IMG/VR virus record: IMGVR_UViG_3300037313_000684
Coordinates: 1 to 25,572 of that record
Length of the DNA stretch: 25,572 nt
Reading direction: 5' to 3' (one strand)
Origin: a virus
Lineage: Duplodnaviria; Caudoviricetes
The notes beneath the pieces are model-generated. The model saw only the letters and a list, made by a program, of their open reading frames with translations. It was not told the origin of the DNA and made no database searches. Of the stretch, positions 1 to 6,679 are shown in pieces. Within the stretch, counting starts at the first letter, position 1. Each line of letters opens with the position of its first letter. The position numbers and the translations under genes are program-made.

Positions 1-1
1 C

Positions 2-202
2 GCCAAAGAGCTCCTCGACGCCGGCGCCCCCATCCGAGGCGTCTCTTACGTGCTGGGCCACAAGCTCATCAGCACGACCAACATCTACGTCGCCCCCGAG
101 CGCTCCGCCGGCCAAGAGGCCCTCGCAGCCGCCGGCGGCTATGTGACTCCCAACGATAAACGCACCCAAAGTGCACCCGCCCGAAGGAGGGCAAAACGAT
201 GA
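2..202 (+). CDS. int: Tyrosine recombinase/integrase, C-terminal end (5'-truncated by window edge)
   Basis: Not in ORF track. Frame 2 reads AKELLDAGAPIRGVSYVLGHKLISTTNIYVAPE...RRRAKR* (TGA 200-202), which has the LGH-x4-TT-x-IY box II motif with catalytic His and Tyr. It lies next to a tRNA-derived att core. Confidence 0.9.
   Translation, partial: AKELLDAGAPIRGVSYVLGHKLISTTNIYVAPERSAGQEALAAAGGYVTPNDKRTQSAPARRRAKR
175..192 (-). terminator. Possible hairpin/weak terminator downstream of the tRNA-His fragment
   Basis: Minus strand GCCCTCC-TTCG-GGCGGGT forms a C(UUCG)G tetraloop hairpin with one mismatch, followed only by GCACTTT. Confidence 0.3.
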
Positions 203-214
203 GGCTGTTTTCTA

Positions 215-260
215 GGGTGAGTGACGGGGTTCGAACCCGCGACAACCGGAACCACAATCC
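215..260 (-). mobile_element. attP: attP common core: 3' half of tRNA-His(GUG)
   Basis: Reverse complement GGATTGTGGTTCCGGTTGTCGCGGGTTCGAACCCCGTCACTCACCC gives anticodon loop TTGTGGT, T-arm GCGGG-TTCGAAC-CCCGT, acceptor 3' strand CACTCAC and discriminator C73. No D-arm or 5' strand is present. It starts 12 bp after the integrase stop. Confidence 0.9.
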
Positions 261-276
261 ACAAGGCAAGGCGTGG

Positions 277-289
277 TTTCAGCAACTTA
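277..289 (+). promoter_or_regulatory. IHF-like binding site next to att core
   Basis: TTTCAGCAACTTA has one mismatch to WATCARNNNNTTR and sits where an attP arm element is expected. Confidence 0.4.
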
Positions 290-327
290 GGCTCATCCAA
301 TCGGCGCCGTCGTGCGCCAGTTTGCGG

Positions 328-345
328 GCTTACGAGACAGTAAGC
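328..345. promoter_or_regulatory. Palindromic operator candidate
   Basis: GCTTAC-gagaca-GTAAGC is a perfect 6-bp inverted repeat in the intergenic region upstream of the replication operon. Confidence 0.35.
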
Positions 346-413
346 GTACCCGGTGCGGATTCGAGCGCCGACCCCCTTGAGCCACTCCGCGCGTGGACGC
401 CGGGAGGTGCGCG

Positions 414-977
414 ATGAGCAGCCTTCTCCGATGCGCCGAATGCGGGCGCGTGATGCTCGAGGCTTCGGCGTTTTTATCTCTGAAGGGGAAGGTGTGCGGA
501 CGCTGTTTCGGGGCACCGGTCGAGATGCCGCCGGGCCCGGCGCTGACTCCCGAGAAACGCGCGGCGGCGATGGCGCTCGTCGAGCGCGAGTACCAGGACC
601 TCGCTGGCCAGCTCGCCCGACAGCAGCAGGCGATCATGAACGACAGCAACGCGAACCTGGCGCAACAGGCGTGTACAGACCAGGCGCGCAAGCAGCAGTT
701 CAGCCCGATGGTCGCCGCGTACGAGACGCGCGACGCCAACCTGAGCGCTGACCTCGACGCCGCGCGCAAGCGCATCGCGGAGTTGGAAGCGTCAGTCGAA
801 GAACAGGCAGCGCTGGCCGACAAATGGAGAACCCTCGCCAAGCGCGCGGACTCGTACGTCTCGGACGCCAACGACGCAGCCGGCACCCTTCGCACCGAGC
901 GCGACGACCTGCTGCGCGAGAACGCTGTCCTCCGGCGCAAGCTCGAAGCGGACGAACGAAAGGCAGGCAAGCGATGA
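414..977 (+). CDS. Hypothetical protein, N-terminal CxxC..CxxC zinc finger plus coiled coil
   Basis: ATG 414 follows RBS GGGAGGTG. It has CAEC/CGRC pairs, a heptad-rich C-terminal half and an ATGA overlap with the next gene. Confidence 0.75.
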   Translation: MSSLLRCAECGRVMLEASAFLSLKGKVCGRCFGAPVEMPPGPALTPEKRAAAMALVEREYQDLAGQLARQQQAIMNDSNANLAQQACTDQARKQQFSPMVAAYETRDANLSADLDAARKRIAELEASVEEQAALADKWRTLAKRADSYVSDANDAAGTLRTERDDLLRENAVLRRKLEADERKAGKR

Positions 978-1153
978 GCCCCGACCACGTCCGCCGCCTC
1001 CGCACGCTCAGCGACGTCCGACGCGATGCCGTGCTCGAGCGCGCTGCGATTCTAATTACCCATGCGCACATGGCGCCCGACGAGGCCGACGAGATGGCCT
1101 GGCGCCTCGAGGTCGAGGGCAAGCAGGCCGAGCTGCCGGGGGTGTCCACATGA
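974..1153 (+). CDS. Small hypothetical protein (59 aa, MSPDHVRRL...)
   Basis: ATGA overlaps at both ends and fills the operon gap exactly. Confidence 0.7.
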   Translation: MSPDHVRRLRTLSDVRRDAVLERAAILITHAHMAPDEADEMAWRLEVEGKQAELPGVST

Positions 1154-1491
1154 GCGTCACCATCATCGCGATTCGTCTTCGCGAGAGAGGCTTACTCGAT
1201 GTCGTCGAGCGCGTCGCCAAGGAGCATCGCTCGACCGTCGACGAAATTCTCGGCACATGCAAGCAACGGCACATCGTGCTTGCGCGTCATGACGCATGGC
1301 GTGCGCTCGCGGCCGCCCTCCCGACGTGGAGCAGCACGTCGCTAGGTGACCTCGTCGGTGTCGACCACACGAGCATTCTCTACGCGCTTCGTCGGACCAA
1401 GACATCGCGTAAGCCCGTGGAGCCAACGCTAGCAAGAGCCGTCAGTCGAGGCGTCCAGCGCGGACTGCTTATCGCGGGAGGGCGCCGATGA
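1150..1491 (+). CDS. Stand-alone DnaA C-terminal (domain IV)-like HTH protein
   Basis: VERVAKEHRSTVDEILG..KQRHIVLARH..W...S...LG.LVGVDHTSILYALRR matches the Bac_DnaA_C pattern (RDHTTVxHA signature). Confidence 0.85.
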   Translation: MSVTIIAIRLRERGLLDVVERVAKEHRSTVDEILGTCKQRHIVLARHDAWRALAAALPTWSSTSLGDLVGVDHTSILYALRRTKTSRKPVEPTLARAVSRGVQRGLLIAGGRR

Positions 1492-2276
1492 TTCACGCGA
1501 AGATCGACGTAAAGCTCCACTCACACCCGAAGGCCCGCAAGGCAGGATCGGCGATGGCCACATGGGCGTGGGCGCTCTGCTACATCCGTGACCACCAGAC
1601 CGACGGCTTCATTTCCGACGCAATGATCGGAGCGGCCTGGCCGGGGGAGACGCAGGCCCGAAAGGACGCCGCCAAGCTCGTCGCGGTTGGCCTCTGGGAA
1701 GTCGTCGAGCCTGGTGCGGGTCCTGACGGCGACGGAGGTTGGCGTCTCTGCAAGTACGAGGAGAAGAACGACACGAGGGCTCAGATCGAGGCCCGTCTCG
1801 CTGACGACCGCGCAAGGAAGAAGACCTCTTCCAAAAAGACTCCCTCCGGAATCCAACCGGAAGGCAAATCGGAATCCGCCGGATTCCCTGACTCTCTCTC
1901 TGACTCTCCCTCTGACTCCGGTCTCGAAAGCAGATCAAAAGAACCTGATCCCGCGCGCGCGACCCCGGCGAACGACGATGCGGTCCCCCCGGTGCCGGAC
2001 TGGTGGGCAGGAGCGTGCATGACGGCGCACCAGTCGACCGGCATCACGGTCGATGATCCCGTTGCGCGCTGGGGCGAATACGACGTCTCGCGACAACGGC
2101 TCGGATGGGCGCGCAACCACCGCGACGCCGTGGGGTACCTAACCAAGGTGCTTCGCAGCGAGAAGCAGCAAGCTCCCAAGCGAAAGATCGACACGCGCCA
2201 GCCCTTGATGGGTCCCGAGCCCGAATGGCTCACCCGAGCGAAAGCGACGGGCACGGACGGAACGGAGCCGTTTTGA
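1488..2276 (+). CDS. Phage replication initiator / replisome organiser
   Basis: N-terminus KIDVKLHSHPK..W..ALCY..DHQTDGFI..LV..GLW, a low-complexity linker encoded by DNA repeats, and position directly upstream of a DnaC-like ATPase. Confidence 0.7.
   Translation: MIHAKIDVKLHSHPKARKAGSAMATWAWALCYIRDHQTDGFISDAMIGAAWPGETQARKDAAKLVAVGLWEVVEPGAGPDGDGGWRLCKYEEKNDTRAQIEARLADDRARKKTSSKKTPSGIQPEGKSESAGFPDSLSDSPSDSGLESRSKEPDPARATPANDDAVPPVPDWWAGACMTAHQSTGITVDDPVARWGEYDVSRQRLGWARNHRDAVGYLTKVLRSEKQQAPKRKIDTRQPLMGPEPEWLTRAKATGTDGTEPF
1846..1922 (+). repeat. Iteron-like repeats, putative replication origin
   Basis: CCGGAATCC-like 9-mers at 1846, 1857, 1869 and 1879, then CTGACTCTCTCT / CTGACTCTCCCT / CTGACTCCGGT at 1888, 1900 and 1912, then an A-rich tract. 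Confidence 0.6.
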
Positions 2277-3127
2277 TGTCTGGAGATCCTCGCTGCCTTG
2301 TTTGCCGCGGCGACGGGACCGTCCGCGACGGCGACGGAGACATCCCGTGCGCCTGCGTCGGCTCCCCACGCCGCGACCTGTACACGACCTCTGAGCCCGA
2401 GCGCTTCGACTGGGGCGCGTTCGTCGCCGAGGCCCGTCAGCGCGCCAACGACCTCGAGGCCCACCGAGCCCTCTGCACCGTCGCCCCGTGCGCAAAATGC
2501 GAGCGCGGACGCTGCCGGTGCGGGCAGCCGTTCGAGGGCCTCGGTACACACGACCACTGCCCCGCGTGTCGCGCTGAGGAGCGCCTTCGTCGCGCTGTCG
2601 CGCGCGTGTCGGCGACCGTGCCGCCGCGATTCAAGTGGGCTATCACGGGCGAGCTCGACACGCTCTGCGAGCGCGTAAAGCTCGAGCGAGAGCGTATTCA
2701 GCGTGCGCTGTCGTCGCCGCCGGCCGGAAGCATGATGCTCGTCGGCGACACGGGCAGCGGGAAGACGTCGCTCACGGTGGCGATGCTCATGGCTGGCGTT
2801 CGGATGGCGCCAGACCTTCGGGACCGAGACCTGTTCGCGTCGTCGTTCATGCTCGCTGGCGCACGCAACCGGCACCCGCTCGGCAAGGGCGAGGCGCCTG
2901 AAGTCATCGCCGCCGTGAGCGCTCCGTTGCTGCTGCTCGACGATCTCGGCTCTGAGGGCGAGGCGCGCGCGAGCGTGCTCTCGGAGATTATCTTCGCGCG
3001 CCACGAAGCAGACTTGCCGACGTGGATCACGACGGGCTTTCCGGCCGACCAGCTCATGGCTCGGTACGGGTCGGCAATCATCCGGCGGCTCATCGAGGTT
3101 CGCAAACCCGTGGAGCTCGGGAAGTGA
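2276..3127 (+). CDS. DnaC/IstB-like AAA+ helicase loader with Cys-rich N-terminus
   Basis: TGATG overlap start, Walker A GDTGSGKT, Walker B LLLLDDLG, PTWITT and RYG..I.RRL motifs. Confidence 0.9.
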   Translation: MSGDPRCLVCRGDGTVRDGDGDIPCACVGSPRRDLYTTSEPERFDWGAFVAEARQRANDLEAHRALCTVAPCAKCERGRCRCGQPFEGLGTHDHCPACRAEERLRRAVARVSATVPPRFKWAITGELDTLCERVKLERERIQRALSSPPAGSMMLVGDTGSGKTSLTVAMLMAGVRMAPDLRDRDLFASSFMLAGARNRHPLGKGEAPEVIAAVSAPLLLLDDLGSEGEARASVLSEIIFARHEADLPTWITTGFPADQLMARYGSAIIRRLIEVRKPVELGK

Positions 3128-3573
3128 CCGCCGCCCCCTCCCTTCGCGGCTCCGTCCGCGTCACGCTGCCGATCCGCACGGTCACCGAAGGCAACGCCAA
3201 GGAAAACTGGCGCATGCAACACGGCCGCGCGACGAAGCAGAAGCGCCAGGTCGCGAGCATCCTGCCGATGCACATCATGGCGGCCGGTTGGCGGCCCGGC
3301 GACGCGAGCTCGCTGCCGCCGGAGGGCGTCGTGGTCACGCTTACGCGCATCTCGACGGGCAACGGCCTCGACCCGCACGACAACCTGCCGGGGAGCCAAA
3401 AGCACGTGGTGGACGCCATTACGAAGCAGCTCGGGCTCACCGACGACCGTGACCCACGCGTCACGTGGCGGTACGACCAGCGGCGCGTGCCACGGGCGAG
3501 TCTCACGCCGTATGGGGTCGAGATCCGCATCGCCCGCCGCGTGCATGACGACGAGCTTTCGCTGGCGGGATAG
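3124..3573 (+). CDS. RusA-like Holliday junction resolvase
   Basis: GTGA overlap start and LDPHDNLPGSQKHVVDAI...TDDRD resembling the RusA D-x-D-N...K...D...DD motif. Confidence 0.75.
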   Translation: MTAAPSLRGSVRVTLPIRTVTEGNAKENWRMQHGRATKQKRQVASILPMHIMAAGWRPGDASSLPPEGVVVTLTRISTGNGLDPHDNLPGSQKHVVDAITKQLGLTDDRDPRVTWRYDQRRVPRASLTPYGVEIRIARRVHDDELSLAG

Positions 3574-3587
3574 GCACGCCGCTAGCT
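3572..3587 (+). promoter_or_regulatory. Sigma54-like -24/-12 element
   Basis: AGGCACGCCGCTAGCT versus TGGCACGNNNNTTGCW has correct GG-N10-GC spacing and two mismatches. Confidence 0.3.
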
Positions 3588-3600
3588 ATCCCGACCGGCC

Positions 3601-3726
3601 ATGATTCCGGCCTACGTGGTGGGCGTTTGGCAGCGGCAATACGCGCTTGCAGAGCAGGCGCGCCTACGCCGCGAGATCGCTGCAGAACGGGTGCGGCAAG
3701 CCCTGGAGGCTATGCGCGTGACGTAA
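3601..3726 (+). CDS. Possible 41-aa helical peptide (MIPAYVVGVWQRQYALAEQARLRREIAAERVRQALEAMRVT)
   Basis: ATG..TAA ORF not in the track, filling the gap between the resolvase gene and a terminator-like hairpin. No RBS seen. Confidence 0.4.
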   Translation: MIPAYVVGVWQRQYALAEQARLRREIAAERVRQALEAMRVT

Positions 3727-3759
3727 CCATCGCGCTGCGCATCCGGACTCCTGCGTGTG

Positions 3760-3788
3760 GCGCAACCGCGCTACAACGGTCGCGTTTT
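3760..3788 (+). terminator. Probable intrinsic terminator ending the replication operon
   Basis: CGCAACCG-cgctacaa-CGGTCGCG (one mismatch) followed by TTTT, between convergent genes. Confidence 0.45.
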
Positions 3789-3789
3789 G

Positions 3790-4038
3790 TCACGCGGCGA
3801 CGGATTCAGGCACGTCGTCGGCCTCGGCACGACGCCGCCGTTCGCTGTTGCGCAGAAGAGAGTCGCGGATGTCCTGGTACCACGCGTCGAGTAGCCATCG
3901 GAGCTTCGGGGTCTTCACGTACGCCGGCTCGGCCTCGTAGCGTTCGACCGTCTGAGGGCAGACGCCGATCTCCCTGGCTGCCTGTCGCACGGAGATTCCC
4001 TTCGCGACTCGGATGGCCTGGGGTCGCACGTCCGTCAT
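3790..4038 (-). CDS. XRE-family HTH transcriptional regulator
   Basis: IRVAKGISVRQAAREIGVCPQTVERYE is a typical XRE HTH. ATG 4038 lies 6 nt after a TATGGT -10-like hexamer. Confidence 0.85.
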   Translation of the reverse strand: MTDVRPQAIRVAKGISVRQAAREIGVCPQTVERYEAEPAYVKTPKLRWLLDAWYQDIRDSLLRNSERRRRAEADDVPESVAA

Positions 4039-4085
4039 GGTCAAACCATACGATGCGTCTGAAATGCTGAGGCGCCTTTCGTCAT

Positions 4086-4142
4086 GCAATTATAGCCACA
4101 TACGAGCAACGGTGCGGCGTCGGGCGCTACCACGTAAGGGTG
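4086..4142 (+). promoter_or_regulatory. Putative late promoter, copy 1
   Basis: GCAATTATAGCCACAT-N24-GCTACCACGTAAGG-GTG, repeated with identical spacing at 6623. Confidence 0.7.
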
Positions 4143-4550
4143 GCGAAGCGTCCGAAAGCGACCACCGCGGAGACCGCTGAGAGGGTCGACGAGATCTGCC
4201 GGATGATGACTGCAGGCGAGTGGGTTCGCGGCAAGAGCGAGGACGTACTCGCCGACGAATGGGGCCTATCAGCGAGCCGCGTACGCGAGCTCTCCGCCGA
4301 AGCTTGGCGACGAGTCTGCCACGAGGCGGACAACCCAGCGAAGGCGAGACCGAATATCGTCGGCACGTTGCTCGTCGCGCTTGAACGAGCGCTTAGCGCT
4401 GGGAAGTATGGCGAGGTCGCGAAGGTTGCCGACGTGTGGACGCGCATCATCGGCGCCCGCGAGCCCGAACGGCGCGAGGAAGTGCAGCTCACCGAGGAGC
4501 AGGCGCGTGCGAAGTATCGTGAACTCACCGGCAAGGAGTGGGGCACATGA
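4140..4550 (+). CDS. Putative terminase small subunit (HTH)
   Basis: Helical protein with HTH-like LADEWGLSASRVREL. It is the first gene of the late operon, upstream of TerL. Confidence 0.55.
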   Translation: MAKRPKATTAETAERVDEICRMMTAGEWVRGKSEDVLADEWGLSASRVRELSAEAWRRVCHEADNPAKARPNIVGTLLVALERALSAGKYGEVAKVADVWTRIIGAREPERREEVQLTEEQARAKYRELTGKEWGT

Positions 4551-5026
4551 CGGCGCTTGCGCTCGAGTGGCGCGCGTTCCGTCCCGACGACGCGACCGAA
4601 TACAGCTACGTCTTCGGCTCGTGGATCCAGTCGTACGGCGTCACATCACGCCGGCGCTGGCAGCGCCAGACGAACGGCGACATTGACGTCGGCGGCGAGT
4701 TCCAAGGCATGCGTCTGAACGTCTACTTCGCGATGTACGACAGCTTCGTGCGCGCCATGATCGAGCGCTCGACGATCGTGATCGCGACGATACCGGACCT
4801 TCCGCCCGACACCATCATCGGCTGGATGGCCATCGAGGACGGCGTGCTGCACTACGTCCACACAAAGAAACGGTGGCGCCAAGAAGGCGTCGCGAAGTGG
4901 ATGCTCGAAGGCGTGCGCGACGTCCCGCTGACGTACTCGCACCAGTTCGCCTACCCGGTCCGCAGCCTCATCGGACCGTCGTGGAACTACGACCCCATGA
5001 GGCGGTTCCCAAAGAAGGCCGCATGA
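4547..5026 (+). CDS. GNAT-family acetyltransferase
   Basis: ATGA overlap start and IIGW..LHYVHTKKRWRQEGVAKWML matching acetyl-CoA-binding motif A. Confidence 0.8.
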   Translation: MTALALEWRAFRPDDATEYSYVFGSWIQSYGVTSRRRWQRQTNGDIDVGGEFQGMRLNVYFAMYDSFVRAMIERSTIVIATIPDLPPDTIIGWMAIEDGVLHYVHTKKRWRQEGVAKWMLEGVRDVPLTYSHQFAYPVRSLIGPSWNYDPMRRFPKKAA

Positions 5027-5232
5027 AGCTCTCTGCTGTTCAATTTAAGGACGACGCGCGCATCAAGGAATTGGCGTTCGTCCACGTTACCGATGACGTG
5101 TGCGAGCTGTCCTTCGAGGCTGGCCTCGTGACCATTACGCGTCGCAGCGACGGGGCCACATGGGACGTGCCAGTCGGGAACATGCGCTGGATCAAGCGGG
5201 CCGAACCGAAGGCGGCGAAGAAGGCTGCGTGA
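5023..5232 (+). CDS. Small hypothetical protein (69 aa, MKLSAVQFKDD...)
   Basis: ATGA and GTGA overlaps at the two ends. Confidence 0.7.
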   Translation: MKLSAVQFKDDARIKELAFVHVTDDVCELSFEAGLVTITRRSDGATWDVPVGNMRWIKRAEPKAAKKAA

Positions 5233-6014
5233 ACGCTCCGACCGCGCGCCAGCTCGCCGAGCTCGAACGCGCGGTATCGGTGCTCCGCGCGGCGGAGGCG
5301 TCGCGCCCAAACGCGGATGCGCTGACGCTCGCGAAGACTATCGGCTTCGAGCCCGACCCGTGGCAGGCGCGGCTGCTCACCGCGAAGGGCAACGTCCTGC
5401 TCAACTGCTCGCGACAGGCCGGGAAGAGCACTGGAGCGTCGCTGCTCGTCGTTCACCGCGCCATCACGCAGCCGAAGCACCTCGCGCTGCTCATCTCGCC
5501 GTCGCTCCGTCAGAGCGGCGAGTTGTTTCGCAAGGTGCGCTCGTTCCTGGCTCGCGTGCCGGGTCTCAAGCTCGCTGAGGACAACGCGTCATCGGTCACG
5601 CTCGAGAACGGCTCGCGCATCGTGTCGCTTCCCTCTAGCGAAAACACCATCCGCGGCTTCTCGGCGGTGAACACGCTCATCGAGGACGAGGCTGCCTTCG
5701 TCGACGACGCGCTCAACGTCGCGGTGCGCCCGATGCTCGCGGTGAGCGGCGGGCAGATGATTCTCATGTCGACGCCCAATGGCCGCCGTGGGCACTTCTT
5801 CGACGCCTGGGAGAGCTCCGGACCGTGGCACCGTGAGCGCGTTACGTGCTGGGAGGTGCCGCGCATCCCGCGAGCCTTCCTCGACGAGGAGCGCCGTGTC
5901 ATGGGCGAAGTGTTCCGCCAGGAGTACGAGTGCGAGTTTATCAACGCGCTCACCGGTCGCGTGTTCCGCCACACGAACGACAATCTCATTGAAGCGCTCC
6001 CGGTGGCCGCATGA
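5229..6014 (+). CDS. terL: Terminase large subunit, ATPase half
   Basis: Adenine-binding PDPWQ, Walker A SRQAGKST, Walker B LIEDEA, coupling motif STP and lid FRQEYECEF. Confidence 0.92.
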   Translation: MNAPTARQLAELERAVSVLRAAEASRPNADALTLAKTIGFEPDPWQARLLTAKGNVLLNCSRQAGKSTGASLLVVHRAITQPKHLALLISPSLRQSGELFRKVRSFLARVPGLKLAEDNASSVTLENGSRIVSLPSSENTIRGFSAVNTLIEDEAAFVDDALNVAVRPMLAVSGGQMILMSTPNGRRGHFFDAWESSGPWHRERVTCWEVPRIPRAFLDEERRVMGEVFRQEYECEFINALTGRVFRHTNDNLIEALPVAA

Positions 6015-6607
6015 CCTGGACATGGATCCTCGGACTCGACCCCGGCGTGCGCGATCGCAACGGCATCGTCGTGCTGGGCTGGCGTGACCACGACCCGTGC
6101 GTGTACATCGCCGAGGCGTACGCCTACGAGGGCACGCCGACTGACGTGGCCGAGGAGGTAATGCGCGTCATGAAGCGCTACGAACTCGCGCGGCTCGTCT
6201 GCGACGAGGGCGGCATGGGTAAGGCCTACGCGGAAGAGATGCGTCGCCGCCATCACATCCCCATCGAGCCGGCCGAGAAGCACGCAAAGGCTGCCGCGAT
6301 TCGGCTCATGAACGCAGACCTTGCGCGCGGCCTCGTAAAGGTCGTTCGGCCGAAGTGCGTGCAGCTTCTCTCCGAGTGGGAGAACCTCCCGTGGCACGAG
6401 AACGGGATGCGCGAGGCCGACGGATATCCGTGCGACGTCGCCGATGCTGCGCTCTACGCGTGGCGCGCGTGCATGGGATTCGTCGAGCGACCCAAGCCGC
6501 CGCCGAAAACGCCAGAGCAGCTCATCGAAGAAGAGATCCGCGCGCTCGAAGAAGCCGAAGTCGCGCGTGCCGAGGCTGAAGCTGGTCGCGAGTGGTGGGC
6601 TGCATAG
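6011..6607 (+). CDS. terL: Terminase large subunit, RNase H-like nuclease half
   Basis: ILGLDPG..D, LVCDEGG and C-terminal DVADAALYAW supply the acidic residues of the terminase nuclease. Confidence 0.88.
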   Translation: MTWTWILGLDPGVRDRNGIVVLGWRDHDPCVYIAEAYAYEGTPTDVAEEVMRVMKRYELARLVCDEGGMGKAYAEEMRRRHHIPIEPAEKHAKAAAIRLMNADLARGLVKVVRPKCVQLLSEWENLPWHENGMREADGYPCDVADAALYAWRACMGFVERPKPPPKTPEQLIEEEIRALEEAEVARAEAEAGREWWAA

Positions 6608-6622
6608 CGCACATTTCGTAAT

Positions 6623-6679
6623 GTAATTTTGGCCACATCGCGCATGCGCACACGCGCGCGCGGCTACGACGACAGGGTG
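6623..6679 (+). promoter_or_regulatory. Putative late promoter, copy 2
   Basis: GTAATTTTGGCCACAT-N24-GCTACGACGACAGG-GTG, overlapped upstream by palindrome ACATT-TCGT-AATGT (6611-6624). Confidence 0.7.

Noticed and set aside
215-290. Complete tRNA-His gene
   Set aside because: Similarity stops within the anticodon stem. There is no D-arm or 5' acceptor strand, so it is an att core only.
1846-1922. CRISPR-like array
   Set aside because: Repeats are 9-12 bp, abutting and intragenic, with no spacers or cas genes.
2105-2275. Extended ORF-track starts (2105, 3022, 4873, 5100, 6629, 17016)
   Set aside because: Most overlap upstream genes extensively and 6629 lies inside the promoter motif. Downstream starts at stop/start overlaps or at the motif fit better.
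3770-3778. Third copy of the late-promoter motif (GCTACAACG)
   Set aside because: It lacks the upstream AATT..GCCACAT box and the downstream AGGGTG start, and lies in a terminator-like loop.
5990-6020. Programmed -1 frameshift joining the TerL halves
   Set aside because: No X-XXY-YYZ slippery site is visible and the junction matches ordinary gene junctions. Not formally excluded.
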